Below, piece after piece: positions 63,745 through 64,000 of a stretch of 64,000 nt of DNA. Position numbers and translations under genes: made by a program. Under the pieces are notes generated by a model, which was given only the letters and a program-made list of their open reading frames with translations, ran no database searches and was not told the DNA's origin. The stretch's first letter is position 1; every line of letters begins with the position of its first letter. This DNA is from Vicinamibacterales bacterium (GTDB lineage Bacteria > Acidobacteriota > Vicinamibacteria > Vicinamibacterales > SCN-69-37): positions 76,316 through 140,315 of the forward strand of contig DASQFI010000045.1 in assembly GCA_035633215.1 (NCBI GenBank), given 5' to 3'.

Positions 63745-64000
63745 ATGAGGCTCACTCGATCGTTGCTCATGCTTCTGCTGCTCGCCGGCGCCGCGGTGCC
63801 GGCGCGAGCGCAGAACCGTCAGGACCTGCAGATGCTCGCCGACATGCGGCTCCTGCAGGAAAACGTGGCGAAGCTGCAGCTCACCGTGAACATCCTGCTC
63901 GAACAGCTGAAGGCCACCAACGCGCAGGTGGACGCGAACAAGAATCTGGGCCAGAAGCTCCACGCCGAGCAGATGGTGCAGATCAAGGACATCGCGCAGA
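63745..64000 (+). CDS. CpoB/YbgF-like Tol-Pal-associated protein, 3'-truncated by window edge
   Basis: ATG 63745. Signal peptide LLMLLLLAGAAVPARA, then a coiled coil (DLQMLADMRLLQENVAKLQLTVNILLEQL). Position after pal. Frame open to the window end. Confidence 0.6.
   Translation, partial: MRLTRSLLMLLLLAGAAVPARAQNRQDLQMLADMRLLQENVAKLQLTVNILLEQLKATNAQVDANKNLGQKLHAEQMVQIKDIAQ

Overview
High-GC (roughly two-thirds G+C by eye, not computed) chromosomal segment of a diderm bacterium. Gene content (Tol-Pal, Lpt, secretin) supports the diderm call; an Acidobacteriota-like origin is only a guess. I can support about 55 protein genes and one RNA gene. Most are housekeeping: ligA (3' part)-htrA-ntrC, RNase P RNA, gcvT-gcvH-gcvP, nnr-tsaE, guaB, secA, comM, an amino-sugar recycling set (murQ, nagB, BadF-type kinase), xerD-like, metK, a fused lptF-lptG, parAB, miaB, recN, and tolQ-tolR-tolA-tolB-pal-cpoB. 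Many long antisense or overlapping ORFs in the track are GC artefacts. Five parts look accessory or unusual. (1) A ~1.07 kb lower-GC insert carries an FkbM-type methyltransferase with an in-frame TAG. It is bracketed by 84-bp direct repeats that duplicate the 3' end of the neighbouring epimerase gene. (2) An orphan bacterial-microcompartment pair: a PduA-like BMC-H shell protein plus a CoA-acylating aldehyde dehydrogenase with a ~117-aa C-terminal extension. (3) A comEA gene is translationally coupled to a GspH/FimT-like minor pilin carrying a GRxR motif, next to a receiver-less sigma-54 activator with a degenerate GAFTGA loop. (4) A 10-kb T2SS/T4P-hybrid cluster whose secretin has an N-terminal TPR lipoprotein module and a C-terminal cohesin-like domain. 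(5) Several intergenic repeat families. These are a 100-nt MITE-like palindromic element (4 copies, mostly starting at stop codons), an ~85-nt GC-rich repeat (3 copies), a 32-bp perfect inverted repeat, and 7-8-nt tandem arrays. I could not establish a clearly novel multi-gene system such as a defence island, CRISPR array or toxin module. The items above are the best candidates for a second look, and all homology statements come from motif recognition by eye, not database searches.
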